A stretch of 64,000 nucleotides of DNA from Bacteroidales bacterium (GCA_045545875.1 JAZQBS010000036.1:784-64783), one strand, 5' to 3'; shown: positions 50,858-60,584, counted from the stretch's first letter. Numbers and translations: made by a program. Notes: generated by a model not told the origin, from the letters alone.

Positions 50858-52621
50858 ATGAAAACTAATTGGTTTCTCTCACTCCTCGTTCTTTCAGCAG
50901 CGCTCCTCACGGGATGTGCCGATGCCGAACTGACCAGTTACCCGCAGATCCATGTCGCCCTGCAGATGTCGCTCGTCGATGACAGTCCGCATTATGAGGT
51001 GATGGTCGAGAACGGTTCGGGCATCAGCATCCAGGAAGTGGGCATCGTCCAGAGATATCAGGACAACAACAATGTATCCCAGGAAAGAAACCGATCGCGC
51101 ACCGACATCCTCAAGGTCCATGCCTTCGAGCCTATCACCTATACCGACGAGAGCCTGAATGCCTACGCCAACGACGTCATCACCGCCTGCGCCTTCATCC
51201 GCACCGAACTCGGCACTTTCCGCAGCGATGAGCAGACATTGGTTGTCCCCGGCACCAACGCCATCCAGATCGAGTCGGCACGTTTCGACTTCGACGAGCC
51301 GACGGGCAACAAGGGTACGCTGCGCATCTTCGGCAGTAACTTCTCCACGTCGGGCGGCGCCATCTCCATCAGCGGCACCGAGGGTCTCGACACCAGCGGA
51401 GCAAGGTTGAAATGCTATCACGACAGCATCGTGGCAAGTGGCGTGAAGTGCAATGCCTATGGAACCCTCAAGGCGAACCTCAGGCAATATGCCGGCAGTT
51501 ATCCCTTGGATGTTTATGTCGAGGGCTTGCTCATCGATAGCATTGTGCCCCTGCAATCAAAGGTCGGCGAACCTCTCACCATCTACATTTCCCATGCCAC
51601 ACCTGGCGTGAATTATACGGCCTACCCGGGTTTTCATTCATATTCCACCTACTCCCGTGTATTGGACCAGGACGAGCATCATATCTCCCTGTTGCCCGTC
51701 CCATATCGTTCACAGTCCCTCTCTCAGGCCAGCGGCCCCATCGTCGTCAAGGACCCGCGACGCGATATCACGATCATATCAAACGATTCGATTGTCATCA
51801 CACGCGACCCTTGGAGCAGTTGGGGCAATAGTGCCTCCAACCACAATTGCCGTGTCGGCGATCGTCTCTGCTCCTACATCGATGGCCTCTTCGCGAGTTT
51901 CAACCTCGAAAAGCACAGGACCGACATTTGGAAGAATGTCAATGCGGCGGGTCCCGACAATTCCGTCGATACACGCATGTTCGGCATTGGCGGTCGCTAT
52001 GCTTATGCCCTGTATTACTACTTGACCTTATGGACACCCGATTCTGCTTTTCTCTCCCGCTACGACCTGGTGGAATCCAAGTGGGAAAACCTCACTGCCC
52101 ACAAGCCGGTGCTGCGCAATGCATGGTTCGAGGACGACAACACCTTCCGAGGCATTTCGGGCACGACACTCTATACCTATCATCCCGACACCGACACCTG
52201 GGATGCTCCCTCTTCCACGCGTGAGAGCAGGAATGAGCAAGGCATCAGGCTCACCGAAGAATGCCAGTTCTGCGGCACTTACAAGGATTACGTGTATTTA
52301 GCACTCGACGGAAGTGTCTATCGATATCCTGTAGGCGACCCTACGGACATCCGGTTCGTAAACCGACCCAAAATCACGCTCACTGTTCCTTATCAGATCT
52401 ACAACGACACCTTCACTTATGGATACCATGAGAACGACGGAATCGGTTACTTCCTCTATGTCTATCAGATGCCAATGTCCTCGCTGCTCGAAGGCACCGA
52501 CGAGGTCACCTGTGTCGGCAGTCCAGAGGATGTCCCTGCCTTTCTGTATTCGCACTACTACGAGACAAGCGATTATCACGTGATCACCATCAACGGCGAA
52601 ATAAAATATCTGAAGAAATGA
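50858..52621 (+). CDS. Lipoprotein with IPT/TIG-like and kelch-like beta-rich regions
   Basis: Lipobox LTGC, 'LRIFGSNF' IPT-like motif, YDLVESKWE and YHPDTDTWD kelch-like motifs. Confidence 0.6.
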   Translation: MKTNWFLSLLVLSAALLTGCADAELTSYPQIHVALQMSLVDDSPHYEVMVENGSGISIQEVGIVQRYQDNNNVSQERNRSRTDILKVHAFEPITYTDESLNAYANDVITACAFIRTELGTFRSDEQTLVVPGTNAIQIESARFDFDEPTGNKGTLRIFGSNFSTSGGAISISGTEGLDTSGARLKCYHDSIVASGVKCNAYGTLKANLRQYAGSYPLDVYVEGLLIDSIVPLQSKVGEPLTIYISHATPGVNYTAYPGFHSYSTYSRVLDQDEHHISLLPVPYRSQSLSQASGPIVVKDPRRDITIISNDSIVITRDPWSSWGNSASNHNCRVGDRLCSYIDGLFASFNLEKHRTDIWKNVNAAGPDNSVDTRMFGIGGRYAYALYYYLTLWTPDSAFLSRYDLVESKWENLTAHKPVLRNAWFEDDNTFRGISGTTLYTYHPDTDTWDAPSSTRESRNEQGIRLTEECQFCGTYKDYVYLALDGSVYRYPVGDPTDIRFVNRPKITLTVPYQIYNDTFTYGYHENDGIGYFLYVYQMPMSSLLEGTDEVTCVGSPEDVPAFLYSHYYETSDYHVITINGEIKYLKK

Positions 52622-53254
52622 AAAAACAAAAAAAGAAAAAAAGTTTTTCGTGGGGTGTACTCCATGTAATCGTCTAAATTGAATTTGTAATTTATTGATT
52701 CCCAAGGCTTATTCCAAAATGGAACAAGCCTCCTCTTAGCGTATTCTGTTTCTTCAAGGAAAAAATTTTTGTAAAATAATTGGAGAAAATACTCTCACGG
52801 CCGACAGAATGCTTCCTCATTTCGCGCAAGTATCGTGACGGGCGACAGAGTACTTTATGCTACGAGATGGAGTACTCTCACGGCCGACAAAGTACCTTAT
52901 GCTGCAGGAAGAAGCACTATGACGGCCGACAGAGTACTTGCTACAACTGCGGAAATACTACGACGGCCGACAGAGTACTTCCGCATTTTGCGCAAGCATC
53001 GTGACGGCCGACAGAGTGCGCGATACTACAGGAAAGAGTACTCTCACGGCCGACAGAATACCTTATGCAGCAGAATGAAGCACTATGACAGCCGACAGAG
53101 TACATTATACAACTGCAGAAACACTCCGACTGCCGACAGAGTAATTCCGCATTTTGCGCAAGCATCGTGGCGGCCGACAGAATATTCAAAGTGATTATTA
53201 TAGATTATTGGTAAAATTGGTAAAATCTTTTTTTCTTTTTTTGTTTTTTCATTT
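52616..53254. mobile_element. Putative non-autonomous element bounded by perfect 28-bp inverted repeats, containing a palindrome array
   Basis: AAATG-A6-C-A7-G-A7-G at 52616-52643 is the exact reverse complement of 53227-53254; no credible ORF inside; no clear target-site duplication. Confidence 0.5.
52788..53186. repeat. Array of 10 quasi-palindromic 26-bp repeats, 41/42-bp period, 166-bp higher-order period
   Basis: Core (G/C)ACGGCCGACAGAGTAC with its A at 52797, 52838, 52880, 52922, 52963, 53004, 53046, 53088, 53129 and 53170 (G at this position in the last copy). Confidence 0.95.
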
Positions 53255-53352
53255 TTATTTGTCAAGACATATCCCCAAAACCTTACTTGCTGGCCAATCT
53301 CTTGGGAGTTTGAATTTCACGCTCACCTCCACCTCATCCATCTCTAGTAGTA

Positions 53353-54816
53353 TTAGAAATCTTTCTCGATGAAGTAAACGGGTTCGGTGAAATAAAGTCC
53401 CTCTTTCTTGTCTTCGTCCCTGAGCATGTAATCGACGAAAGCATTCTCGTCGGCACGCCAAAGGATTTTGTAAATCCTTGGGTTACTTTCATTAGTGTCG
53501 CTGTCGGCATCACCCTCTTTTTCTTTTGAATCTGAATCGTCGGTTCCTCCTAAATCAAACAATCGGCCTGCTCCTTCATAAATCATGCGTCCAATCTGGG
53601 AACATCTGAGGTAGTAGAGTTCTCCATTAGGGTTATCCAGATGTTCGGAACACATTGATGCAAATAGGTTTGCAGCAAGGCTTGCCGGATGCTTTTCAAG
53701 CGTTTCTTCACAGACTTTGAGGAGCTCCTCGTATTTCTCATTTCGCAGAAGGCTGTCGGCGTTGATGTCCCAAAGCTGTGTGCTGTTACATTCTGGAGTA
53801 AGCGCATGTCCGAAATAGACGATGCTGAGATCGCGCAGACTCATTCTTGGATCTCCTTCAATAAACCTTTTCTCGATGTCGCGATAGTCTGCTTCATGAT
53901 CCTTCATGTATTCTTTGATCTCATCGAAATCCACTTTGACGGTTTCGAATCTCCTCATGATATCCTCCGTCCTTGGTGCATATTGTTCATCAATGGCGAT
54001 GGCCTTGTCGCAGTATTCCCTGGCCTTATCTTCATTGCCGGAATCGGCGTACAATTGTGCCAAGGAGATGATGCAGTATCCTTCCTTGGGATTCTCTTTC
54101 TCAAGCAAAAGAAACTCTTCGATGGCTTGATCGGTGTTGCCCATAGCTGCATGAATGGCTGCATGATTGGTTCGGAACATAAAGGTTTGAGGATAGGCAG
54201 CGATGAAGCTTTCGACGTAGGTCATGGCATTCGCAAAATCGTCGGAATTCCAAAAGGATCCAATTTCCTCATTCATGTATAGCTCGAATTCCTCAAATCC
54301 ATCTTCGAGAGGCAGGTCGTGTCTGGTGAGCCAATTCTCTTTGATTTGCTTGGAGTAAGAGATTGTCTGAAGGAGCGTCTCAAGTGCCCTGTCATTCTCA
54401 TGACTAATAAATAATGTATATACACGATTTAGTCGGAGATCCAAGCGGTTCGGATATTTGGCAATACCTTCGTCAAGGATTTCAAAGGCCGAATCGAAAG
54501 CTCCAGGCTGGAAATCCTTTACAAATTGAAGACCCATATAGTCACCCATTTTTTGTGGCGAAACAGACAAATTCCTTCCTTCCTGAATTATTTTCGAGGA
54601 TTGGTAAAAGAATCGTAGATAAAAGAGATCTGCATCGTTAGGAGAATCCTTCTCCCAATCTTCGATAAGTACACGAATTGCTGCCGTGTCGGGCTCTTCT
54701 GCCTCCGTGATTATGTCGTACCTTTCGTAAATCTGTTCGACGGATTCCGTCTGAGCCATGGCAAATGAAGCCAACGATACGATGGCGATAGTGAGTAATG
54801 GTTTGATGTGAGTCAT
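53353..54816 (-). CDS. Secreted TPR protein with C-terminal DUF4919-like domain
   Basis: Signal peptide, YPNRLDLR, TPR helices, 'RFIEGD..SLRD...VYFG' motif. Confidence 0.7.
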   Translation of the reverse strand: MTHIKPLLTIAIVSLASFAMAQTESVEQIYERYDIITEAEEPDTAAIRVLIEDWEKDSPNDADLFYLRFFYQSSKIIQEGRNLSVSPQKMGDYMGLQFVKDFQPGAFDSAFEILDEGIAKYPNRLDLRLNRVYTLFISHENDRALETLLQTISYSKQIKENWLTRHDLPLEDGFEEFELYMNEEIGSFWNSDDFANAMTYVESFIAAYPQTFMFRTNHAAIHAAMGNTDQAIEEFLLLEKENPKEGYCIISLAQLYADSGNEDKAREYCDKAIAIDEQYAPRTEDIMRRFETVKVDFDEIKEYMKDHEADYRDIEKRFIEGDPRMSLRDLSIVYFGHALTPECNSTQLWDINADSLLRNEKYEELLKVCEETLEKHPASLAANLFASMCSEHLDNPNGELYYLRCSQIGRMIYEGAGRLFDLGGTDDSDSKEKEGDADSDTNESNPRIYKILWRADENAFVDYMLRDEDKKEGLYFTEPVYFIEKDF

Positions 54817-54993
54817 AGTAGTAAGATATTGATTTGACGGGACAAAGATAAGGAATACTCTGCATTATTCAAAATATTTGCGAAGAAAAATACCAATTCA
54901 TGCCGAATATTCCACAAAAGTTGTGGAGATATTTGGAAGTGGAGAGAAATATCCTTATCTTTGCGCCGCATTTAGAAAAAGATTAAAGAACAA

Positions 54994-56118
54994 ATGAAGA
55001 AAGCCATAGCCGCACTGGCAATCATCGCCGCGCTCATCGCAGCAATACTTATGTTCTCATCGCGCTTCAAGGTGACGGAACACATCTACGTGGAATGGAA
55101 TGGAGAACGTGTCGGCATCAGAGGCGAGGGCTCGGCAGGTCTGAAATGGACCATCGACCGAGGCTTCCTCTCGATGACTGCCAACGAGACCGTGGGCAAG
55201 AGTCTGAAGATTCACTTGAGTGGAGAATGTGAGAACGGACAGTTCGAACTCACGGCCGCGAAAAGGACCTTCATCCTGCTCGAAGGCCTGAAGCTGCTGA
55301 ATCCTACCGGCGCAGCCTTGGTGCTGAAGGGCGACAAATCCACTTTTCTTACCTTGGCCGACAATACCGAGAATACCCTCGGCGATGCGGGCATCACAGC
55401 CGCTGGTGACCTCACCATCGGCGGCGACGGCTCGCTGACCATCGTCGCTCAAGGAACAGGACACAAGGGCATCAACATCGACGGGAACCTCAAGATCAAG
55501 GACGACCCGACTATCACCATCACCACCAGCGGACAACCCGAGCACATGCAAGTGCTTCCCCAGTCGGTATGGCTGGGCAAAGGTCTGGGCCTCCCTCAAA
55601 CTTCTCAAACCTCTCAAACCCCTCAAACCCCTCAAACCCCTCCCCTTCCACCTCCCGGCTTCGAGCGCTACGACTTCTCGGGCACAGCCAAGGCCATCAA
55701 GGCACAGGGTACCATCCTCATCGAAGGCGGCACCATCACGCTATCGACCTGCACTCCGGGAGCTGAAGGCCTCGAATCGAAAAGGGACATCATCATCAAC
55801 GGCGGCATCCTGAACGTGGAAGCCTACGACGATGCCATCAACGCCCTGATGACAATGACCGTGAATGGCGGCATCGTCAATGCCGTGAGTTCCCACAACG
55901 ATGGCATCGACATCAACGGAGGCCAACTCAAACCCTGGGCTACCTCCATACCCAAAAACTTCGATTCCCAGCGTGCCAAGGAGCTGGAAGGACAGCCCAC
56001 CTACTACCAGACGGGCGGCAGCGTCACGGCACGCACCACGGCAGGCTTCCCCGAGGAAGGTCTCGACACCGACAATGCTCCTATCAGTCACACGGGAGGA
56101 GAGTTGGTAATTTATTAG
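54994..56118 (+). CDS. Cthe_2159-like carbohydrate-binding beta-helix protein
   Basis: LTLADNTENTL, AEGLESK..I.INGG, DDAINA, NDGIDING. Confidence 0.8.
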   Translation: MKKAIAALAIIAALIAAILMFSSRFKVTEHIYVEWNGERVGIRGEGSAGLKWTIDRGFLSMTANETVGKSLKIHLSGECENGQFELTAAKRTFILLEGLKLLNPTGAALVLKGDKSTFLTLADNTENTLGDAGITAAGDLTIGGDGSLTIVAQGTGHKGINIDGNLKIKDDPTITITTSGQPEHMQVLPQSVWLGKGLGLPQTSQTSQTPQTPQTPPLPPPGFERYDFSGTAKAIKAQGTILIEGGTITLSTCTPGAEGLESKRDIIINGGILNVEAYDDAINALMTMTVNGGIVNAVSSHNDGIDINGGQLKPWATSIPKNFDSQRAKELEGQPTYYQTGGSVTARTTAGFPEEGLDTDNAPISHTGGELVIY

Positions 56119-56170
56119 GGATTCTAAGGGATTTTAAGGGAATCTAAGGGATTTTAAGGGACAAATGTTC
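56116..56170. repeat. 10-mer tandem arm (TAAGGGATTT), left arm of a cognate inverted pair
   Basis: Five units ending AAGGGACAAATGTTC; contains the stop codons of both convergent genes. Confidence 0.85.
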
Positions 56171-57133
56171 TTGGGTCTCATTTTCTATAGGCGCTTCTCT
56201 CGGACGTGACCGAACGGGAACAAGATTCCCAATCGCCTCCTTCACCTGTGCGACATTGCTGCGCGACACGGGAATGGAGTCGTGACTGTGCCTGATGAGC
56301 AGATGCATCGCTCCCGAACGGGTGACAATCTGCTCGACCTGCTGCAGGTTGACCAGAAAGGCGCGATGACAACGCACTACCGACCGGCTTGCCTGCAGAT
56401 CACCTTCGACCTGCTTCATCGTAGCGCGAATCATATCGGTTCGCAGCTCGTTGTCGTGCCATTGATATACCTTCACATAGTTACCTACTGCCTCGGCATA
56501 CAGAAAGTCGGCAAGGGGAATCGTCACCGAGTCGCTGGTCGTTCCTTTCAGCACGATTGCGCCAGGGACGGGTTCCCTCGACAAAGTTTCCTTCTCAATC
56601 GTCTCGACCGATGGTGCAGCATCAACACGTTGCACGGCATCCTGCTGCAGTTGCTGCAACTGTTCGTTCAAAAGACGTGTCTCCTCAAGTTCGGCAGCCA
56701 GATAACGACTACGGAACTTGAATCGCCAGTACAGGCCGATGGCAAACGAACAGAAAGCGATGATGACAAGCGTCTCGAAGAAGTTGCTCCACGACAGCCT
56801 GTTGCCCTCCACCCGATCGCTGAGCAGGAAGTGCCGATAGAGGCAGATCATCACTGTGACGAGCAGCGTGTTGATGAGCTGGAACCACAGATTGCGTCGG
56901 ATGATGTATTCCACTCCATTGTCCGAACGCCTCGGCATCCTGACCACCCATTTCAAGATCAGTTCGGTGAGCATACAAACACACACACCCAACAAACCGA
57001 CCATCAGCAGGTGGGCATAAGCCTCCCACTGCCACGCATCGAGTCCAAAGGGCTTGAAGACCGCAAGTGCCAGTATCGTGAAGCAGACGCTGATGATTCG
57101 CGTCCGCAAAGTTTCATTTTGTCCATTCTTCAT
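56144..57133 (-). CDS. Membrane-anchored LytTR-family transcriptional regulator
   Basis: 4 N-terminal TM; C-terminal LYAEAVGNYV, RCHRAFLVNL, IPVSRS. Confidence 0.9.
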   Translation of the reverse strand: MKNGQNETLRTRIISVCFTILALAVFKPFGLDAWQWEAYAHLLMVGLLGVCVCMLTELILKWVVRMPRRSDNGVEYIIRRNLWFQLINTLLVTVMICLYRHFLLSDRVEGNRLSWSNFFETLVIIAFCSFAIGLYWRFKFRSRYLAAELEETRLLNEQLQQLQQDAVQRVDAAPSVETIEKETLSREPVPGAIVLKGTTSDSVTIPLADFLYAEAVGNYVKVYQWHDNELRTDMIRATMKQVEGDLQASRSVVRCHRAFLVNLQQVEQIVTRSGAMHLLIRHSHDSIPVSRSNVAQVKEAIGNLVPVRSRPREAPIENETQEHLSLKIP

Positions 57134-57173
57134 GATGGGCGCAAAGATACACTTTTTCGGTCATTTCTCCAAA

Positions 57174-57281
57174 CCATTCGTCACATTTAGACCTTTTATC
57201 CCATCATTTTTGGCCATTCGTCACAAAACCCTGCAGAATATCCCAGAATTTTGCAGGTTTTTGCATAACATTATATCTTTG
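57174..57281 (+). promoter_or_regulatory. Probable LytTR operator repeats plus -33/-7 promoter of the liaF-like operon
   Basis: CCATTCGTCACA at 57174 and 57214, degenerate CCTTTTATCCCA at 57192; TTTG 57250-57253 and TATCTTTG 57274-57281. Confidence 0.65.
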
Positions 57282-57319
57282 CAGCGAGCAATTTTGATTA
57301 AAAATAATCTGCAAAGAAT

Positions 57320-57895
57320 ATGAAAGCAAGGACATTCGTTGGAATCACACTTTTCGTAGCCGGCATACTCAAGCTGGCAAGCATCTGGGACATCATCCAT
57401 CTGGACTGGTTCGAAAACCTTTTCGCACAACGCTGGATGATCTACCTCACTCCTATTCTATTAATATATGTAGGCATAAAACTGCTGATCGAAAGCTTTA
57501 TGCGCGACCGTGACCAATGGCTTCGACGCCCCCTGCCTATCGGTGACGAGGGAAAACGCATCCACTGTTCAATTCACTACGGTGCCGACGAATATGTGTA
57601 TCAGGGAGAGACGTTCAAGGGAGCCCGGCTGGATGCCTTCTGCGGCGGCATCAGCATGGATCTGCGCAAGGCTGTCATCACCGAGGACGAGGAGATCGAC
57701 ATCCACACCTTCCTGGGCGGCGTGGAGCTTTATGTTCCTTCCACAGTGAACGTAGTGGTCAAGAGCCGAAGCTTCATTGGTGGTGTGGGGAATGAGACAG
57801 ACAGAAATCCAAAGCCCAACGTCCCCAGCCTTCACATCGTGGCAAGCAACTTCTTTGGTGGAGTAAGCATCAAGGAAGGGAAATTAACAATGTAA
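57320..57895 (+). CDS. LiaF-related (DUF2154-like) cell-envelope stress protein
   Basis: 2 TM followed by FCGGISMDLR..FLGGVELYVP..FIGGV..FFGGVSIK. Confidence 0.82.
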   Translation: MKARTFVGITLFVAGILKLASIWDIIHLDWFENLFAQRWMIYLTPILLIYVGIKLLIESFMRDRDQWLRRPLPIGDEGKRIHCSIHYGADEYVYQGETFKGARLDAFCGGISMDLRKAVITEDEEIDIHTFLGGVELYVPSTVNVVVKSRSFIGGVGNETDRNPKPNVPSLHIVASNFFGGVSIKEGKLTM

Positions 57896-57930
57896 ATTAA
57901 CAATTAACAATTAATAATTAACAATTAAAA
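57881..57930. repeat. Heptamer tandem arm (AACAATT/AATAATT)
   Basis: acaattaacaattaataattaacaatt; overlaps the end of the liaF-like gene. Confidence 0.85.
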
Positions 57931-57941
57931 AATTCAAGAAT

Positions 57942-58145
57942 ATGAAAATTAAAACAATCTTCGGTATCATCTTTATTGTCGCAAGTCTGATCAAACTGGC
58001 AAGTCTGCTTCACCTGATCCACGTGAGTTGGCTCGAAAGAGTCTCCGACGAACCCGAGTCGGTCTATTTCGCCCCCATTCTCCTGATATTCATCGGTAGT
58101 TCATTCATCATTGACGACATCTGCAACAGAAGCAAGAACAAGTAA
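57942..58145 (+). CDS. Small 2-TM protein paralogous to the N-terminus of the upstream LiaF-like protein
   Basis: KLASLLHLIHVSWLE..YFAPILLIFIG vs KLASIWDIIHLDWFE..YLTPILLIYVG. Confidence 0.75.
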   Translation: MKIKTIFGIIFIVASLIKLASLLHLIHVSWLERVSDEPESVYFAPILLIFIGSSFIIDDICNRSKNK

Positions 58146-58157
58146 CTGACCATCACA

Positions 58158-60584
58158 ATGCTTTACAAATATCTTAGAATGGCAGCTGCAACTGCTGTCA
58201 TAGCCATAACTATGCCCTTATCGGCCATGAACCAGGACGTCGATGGCAAAGTAACCGACGAAAATGGCCAACCTCTGCCCAACGTGAATGTGGTGCTTCT
58301 ATCGCCCGACTCAACCTTTGTGCAAGGCGCCGTCACCGACGAGCAAGGTATGTTCAAGATCATTTCGAGCGAGAACGGAAGCCTCCTGAAACTGACAAGC
58401 ATCAGCTACGAGACCCGCTTCATCCCCCTAACGCCTTCAACATCGTCCCTGTTGGACATACAGATGAAGGAAGACACCGAGATGCTCGACGAAGTGGTGG
58501 TGAAGAGCCAGCTGCCAAAGACGCTGGTCAAAGGTGATGCCATGCGCACCACCGTGGCAGGAACCATCCTCGAGAAGGCAGGATCCGTGAGCGATGCCCT
58601 GTCGAAAATCCCTTCGCTCGAAGCCGAAAGCGACGGCGCCGTGAAGGTGCTGGGGCGCGGCGATGCCGAAGTGTATATCAACGGCCGACGTGTGCAGGAC
58701 ATGAAAGAACTCACGCGTCTGCGCTCCGACCAGATACAGCACGTGGAAGTGGTGCAGAACCCCGGTGCACGCTACTCAGCCTCGACGAAGGCCGTGGTCC
58801 GCATCACGCTCAAGAAGGCGCAGGGCGAGGGCATCAGTTTCCAGGACAACCTCACTGGAATATATCAGTATGGCCACACGCTGACCAACAACCTCGACGT
58901 GAACTATCGCACGGGAGGTCTCGACATCACAGCCTCGTTCTGGGCTGGCCGTTATGGTCATACCGGGGGAGTCCAGGAAAACGACATGTACTACCTTTGC
59001 GGCGATGAGGTTTACAAAGGCATCACCAAGCAGGAGAGGATAAAAAACGTGTGGAAGGGCTGGTCTCCACAGTTGCAAATCAACTATATGGTGAACGAGA
59101 ACCACAGTTTTGGTGCGTTCTACAAATACGATCGTCACCCCAGCGACAACGTGATCGTCGATTACAATACCGACAACTACAAGAACGGCTGCTACATCGA
59201 ACGTTCGGAGAGTCGCATCAATGAGAATGACAATTTCCGCAAGCACATCTTCAACGCCTATTACAATGGAAAGGTGAGGCAACTGGGTATTGATTTCAAT
59301 CTCGACGGACTTTTCGATGACACCAACGAAGATGGCAGCACCGACGAGACGATGACGCCTGTGGGCGACTATCTGGATGGTTCGATGTATGACAGTCCCA
59401 CCAGGCGCTCCATTGAGAGCAACACCGCCAGTGCCAACAACTTCTGGGCAACGAAGCTCATTCTCAGCTATCCCATACTGAAAGGCAACTTCTCGCTGGG
59501 TGGTGAATATTCGTACAATCATCGCACCGACGCCTACTCGTATATGGCATCTGACTACGTGCCTGTAAAAGCCACCGACACGGAGATCAACGAGAAATCG
59601 TCGGCCCTGTTCATGGAGTATGGTCGCTCTTTTAATCTCTCAACTCTAAACTCTAAACTCTCAACTCTATTTGTACAGATTGGTCTGCGCTACGAGCACC
59701 TGAAGAACGACTACTACGACTTTGGCAAACGTCAGGACGAGGTGTGCCGCAACTATGGTGACTGGTTTCCGACTGCCGTCATCGCCGCCCCCATCGGCAA
59801 GGTACAGGTCTCGCTATCGTATCGTCGCGACATCGAGCGTCCGAACTACAGCAATCTGTCGAGTTCGACCATCTATCTGAACCGTTACAGTTTCCAGAGC
59901 GGCAACCCCTACCTGAAACCCACCTACACCCACAGCCTCGTGCTGAATACGAGCTATAAGTGGGCGAACATGACGCTGAACTACGGTCGCATCAAGGATG
60001 TCCTCACCATGTCCACCGAACCATTCCCCGGCTCGGAAGATCCCCTCATCAGCCTCGTACACCCCATCAACAGCGAGGAGGATTTCGACCAGCTAAGCAT
60101 CGGCCTCTCTGCCAGTCCCACCATTGGTCGCTGGCACCCGATGTGGTACGCCTTCTGCGTATTCCAAAACTACAAGACGCCGACCGCTGATGGCACGATG
60201 CTGACACTCGACCGACCGTACCTCACATTGGTTTGGCAGAACGCCATCGAGTTGCCCCACGGCTACCGGCTGAATGCCTCGATGCAAGGAGCCAACAAAG
60301 GTGACTACAACAACTTCCACATCATCGCCAATCGGTTCAATACCGATCTGGGCATCCAGCGTGACATCAATCTGCACCGGCTGGGTTCGCTCACCATCGA
60401 TGTGCGCTGCACCGACATCTTCAACACGAACAAGACGGAAGCCATACTCTATGGACCGCGCGAAATCACCGTCCGCAATCCCACCCGCCGCACCTTCGTG
60501 CTCGACCTGACCTGGAAGTTCAACGAGGCCCGTTCGAAGTACCGTGGCTCCGGCGCCGGCGAAAAGCAGAAGGCGAGGATGTGA
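58158..60584 (+). CDS. TonB-dependent-like outer-membrane beta-barrel protein
   Basis: Carboxypeptidase-regulatory-like N-domain, plug (YINGR, NPGARY), GNPYLKP, C-terminal SKYRGSGAG. Confidence 0.85.
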   Translation: MLYKYLRMAAATAVIAITMPLSAMNQDVDGKVTDENGQPLPNVNVVLLSPDSTFVQGAVTDEQGMFKIISSENGSLLKLTSISYETRFIPLTPSTSSLLDIQMKEDTEMLDEVVVKSQLPKTLVKGDAMRTTVAGTILEKAGSVSDALSKIPSLEAESDGAVKVLGRGDAEVYINGRRVQDMKELTRLRSDQIQHVEVVQNPGARYSASTKAVVRITLKKAQGEGISFQDNLTGIYQYGHTLTNNLDVNYRTGGLDITASFWAGRYGHTGGVQENDMYYLCGDEVYKGITKQERIKNVWKGWSPQLQINYMVNENHSFGAFYKYDRHPSDNVIVDYNTDNYKNGCYIERSESRINENDNFRKHIFNAYYNGKVRQLGIDFNLDGLFDDTNEDGSTDETMTPVGDYLDGSMYDSPTRRSIESNTASANNFWATKLILSYPILKGNFSLGGEYSYNHRTDAYSYMASDYVPVKATDTEINEKSSALFMEYGRSFNLSTLNSKLSTLFVQIGLRYEHLKNDYYDFGKRQDEVCRNYGDWFPTAVIAAPIGKVQVSLSYRRDIERPNYSNLSSSTIYLNRYSFQSGNPYLKPTYTHSLVLNTSYKWANMTLNYGRIKDVLTMSTEPFPGSEDPLISLVHPINSEEDFDQLSIGLSASPTIGRWHPMWYAFCVFQNYKTPTADGTMLTLDRPYLTLVWQNAIELPHGYRLNASMQGANKGDYNNFHIIANRFNTDLGIQRDINLHRLGSLTIDVRCTDIFNTNKTEAILYGPREITVRNPTRRTFVLDLTWKFNEARSKYRGSGAGEKQKARM

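Noticed and set aside
52788-53186. Calling the array a CRISPR
   Set aside because: The spacers are only 15-16 bp, recur cyclically and resemble one another, the repeats are degenerate, and no cas genes are in the window.
52780-53265. Short ORFs across the array (RPTE/TADRV/DGRQS peptides)
   Set aside because: The 41/42-bp period shifts the frame between units and similar peptides appear in all frames, so these are by-products of the DNA repeat.
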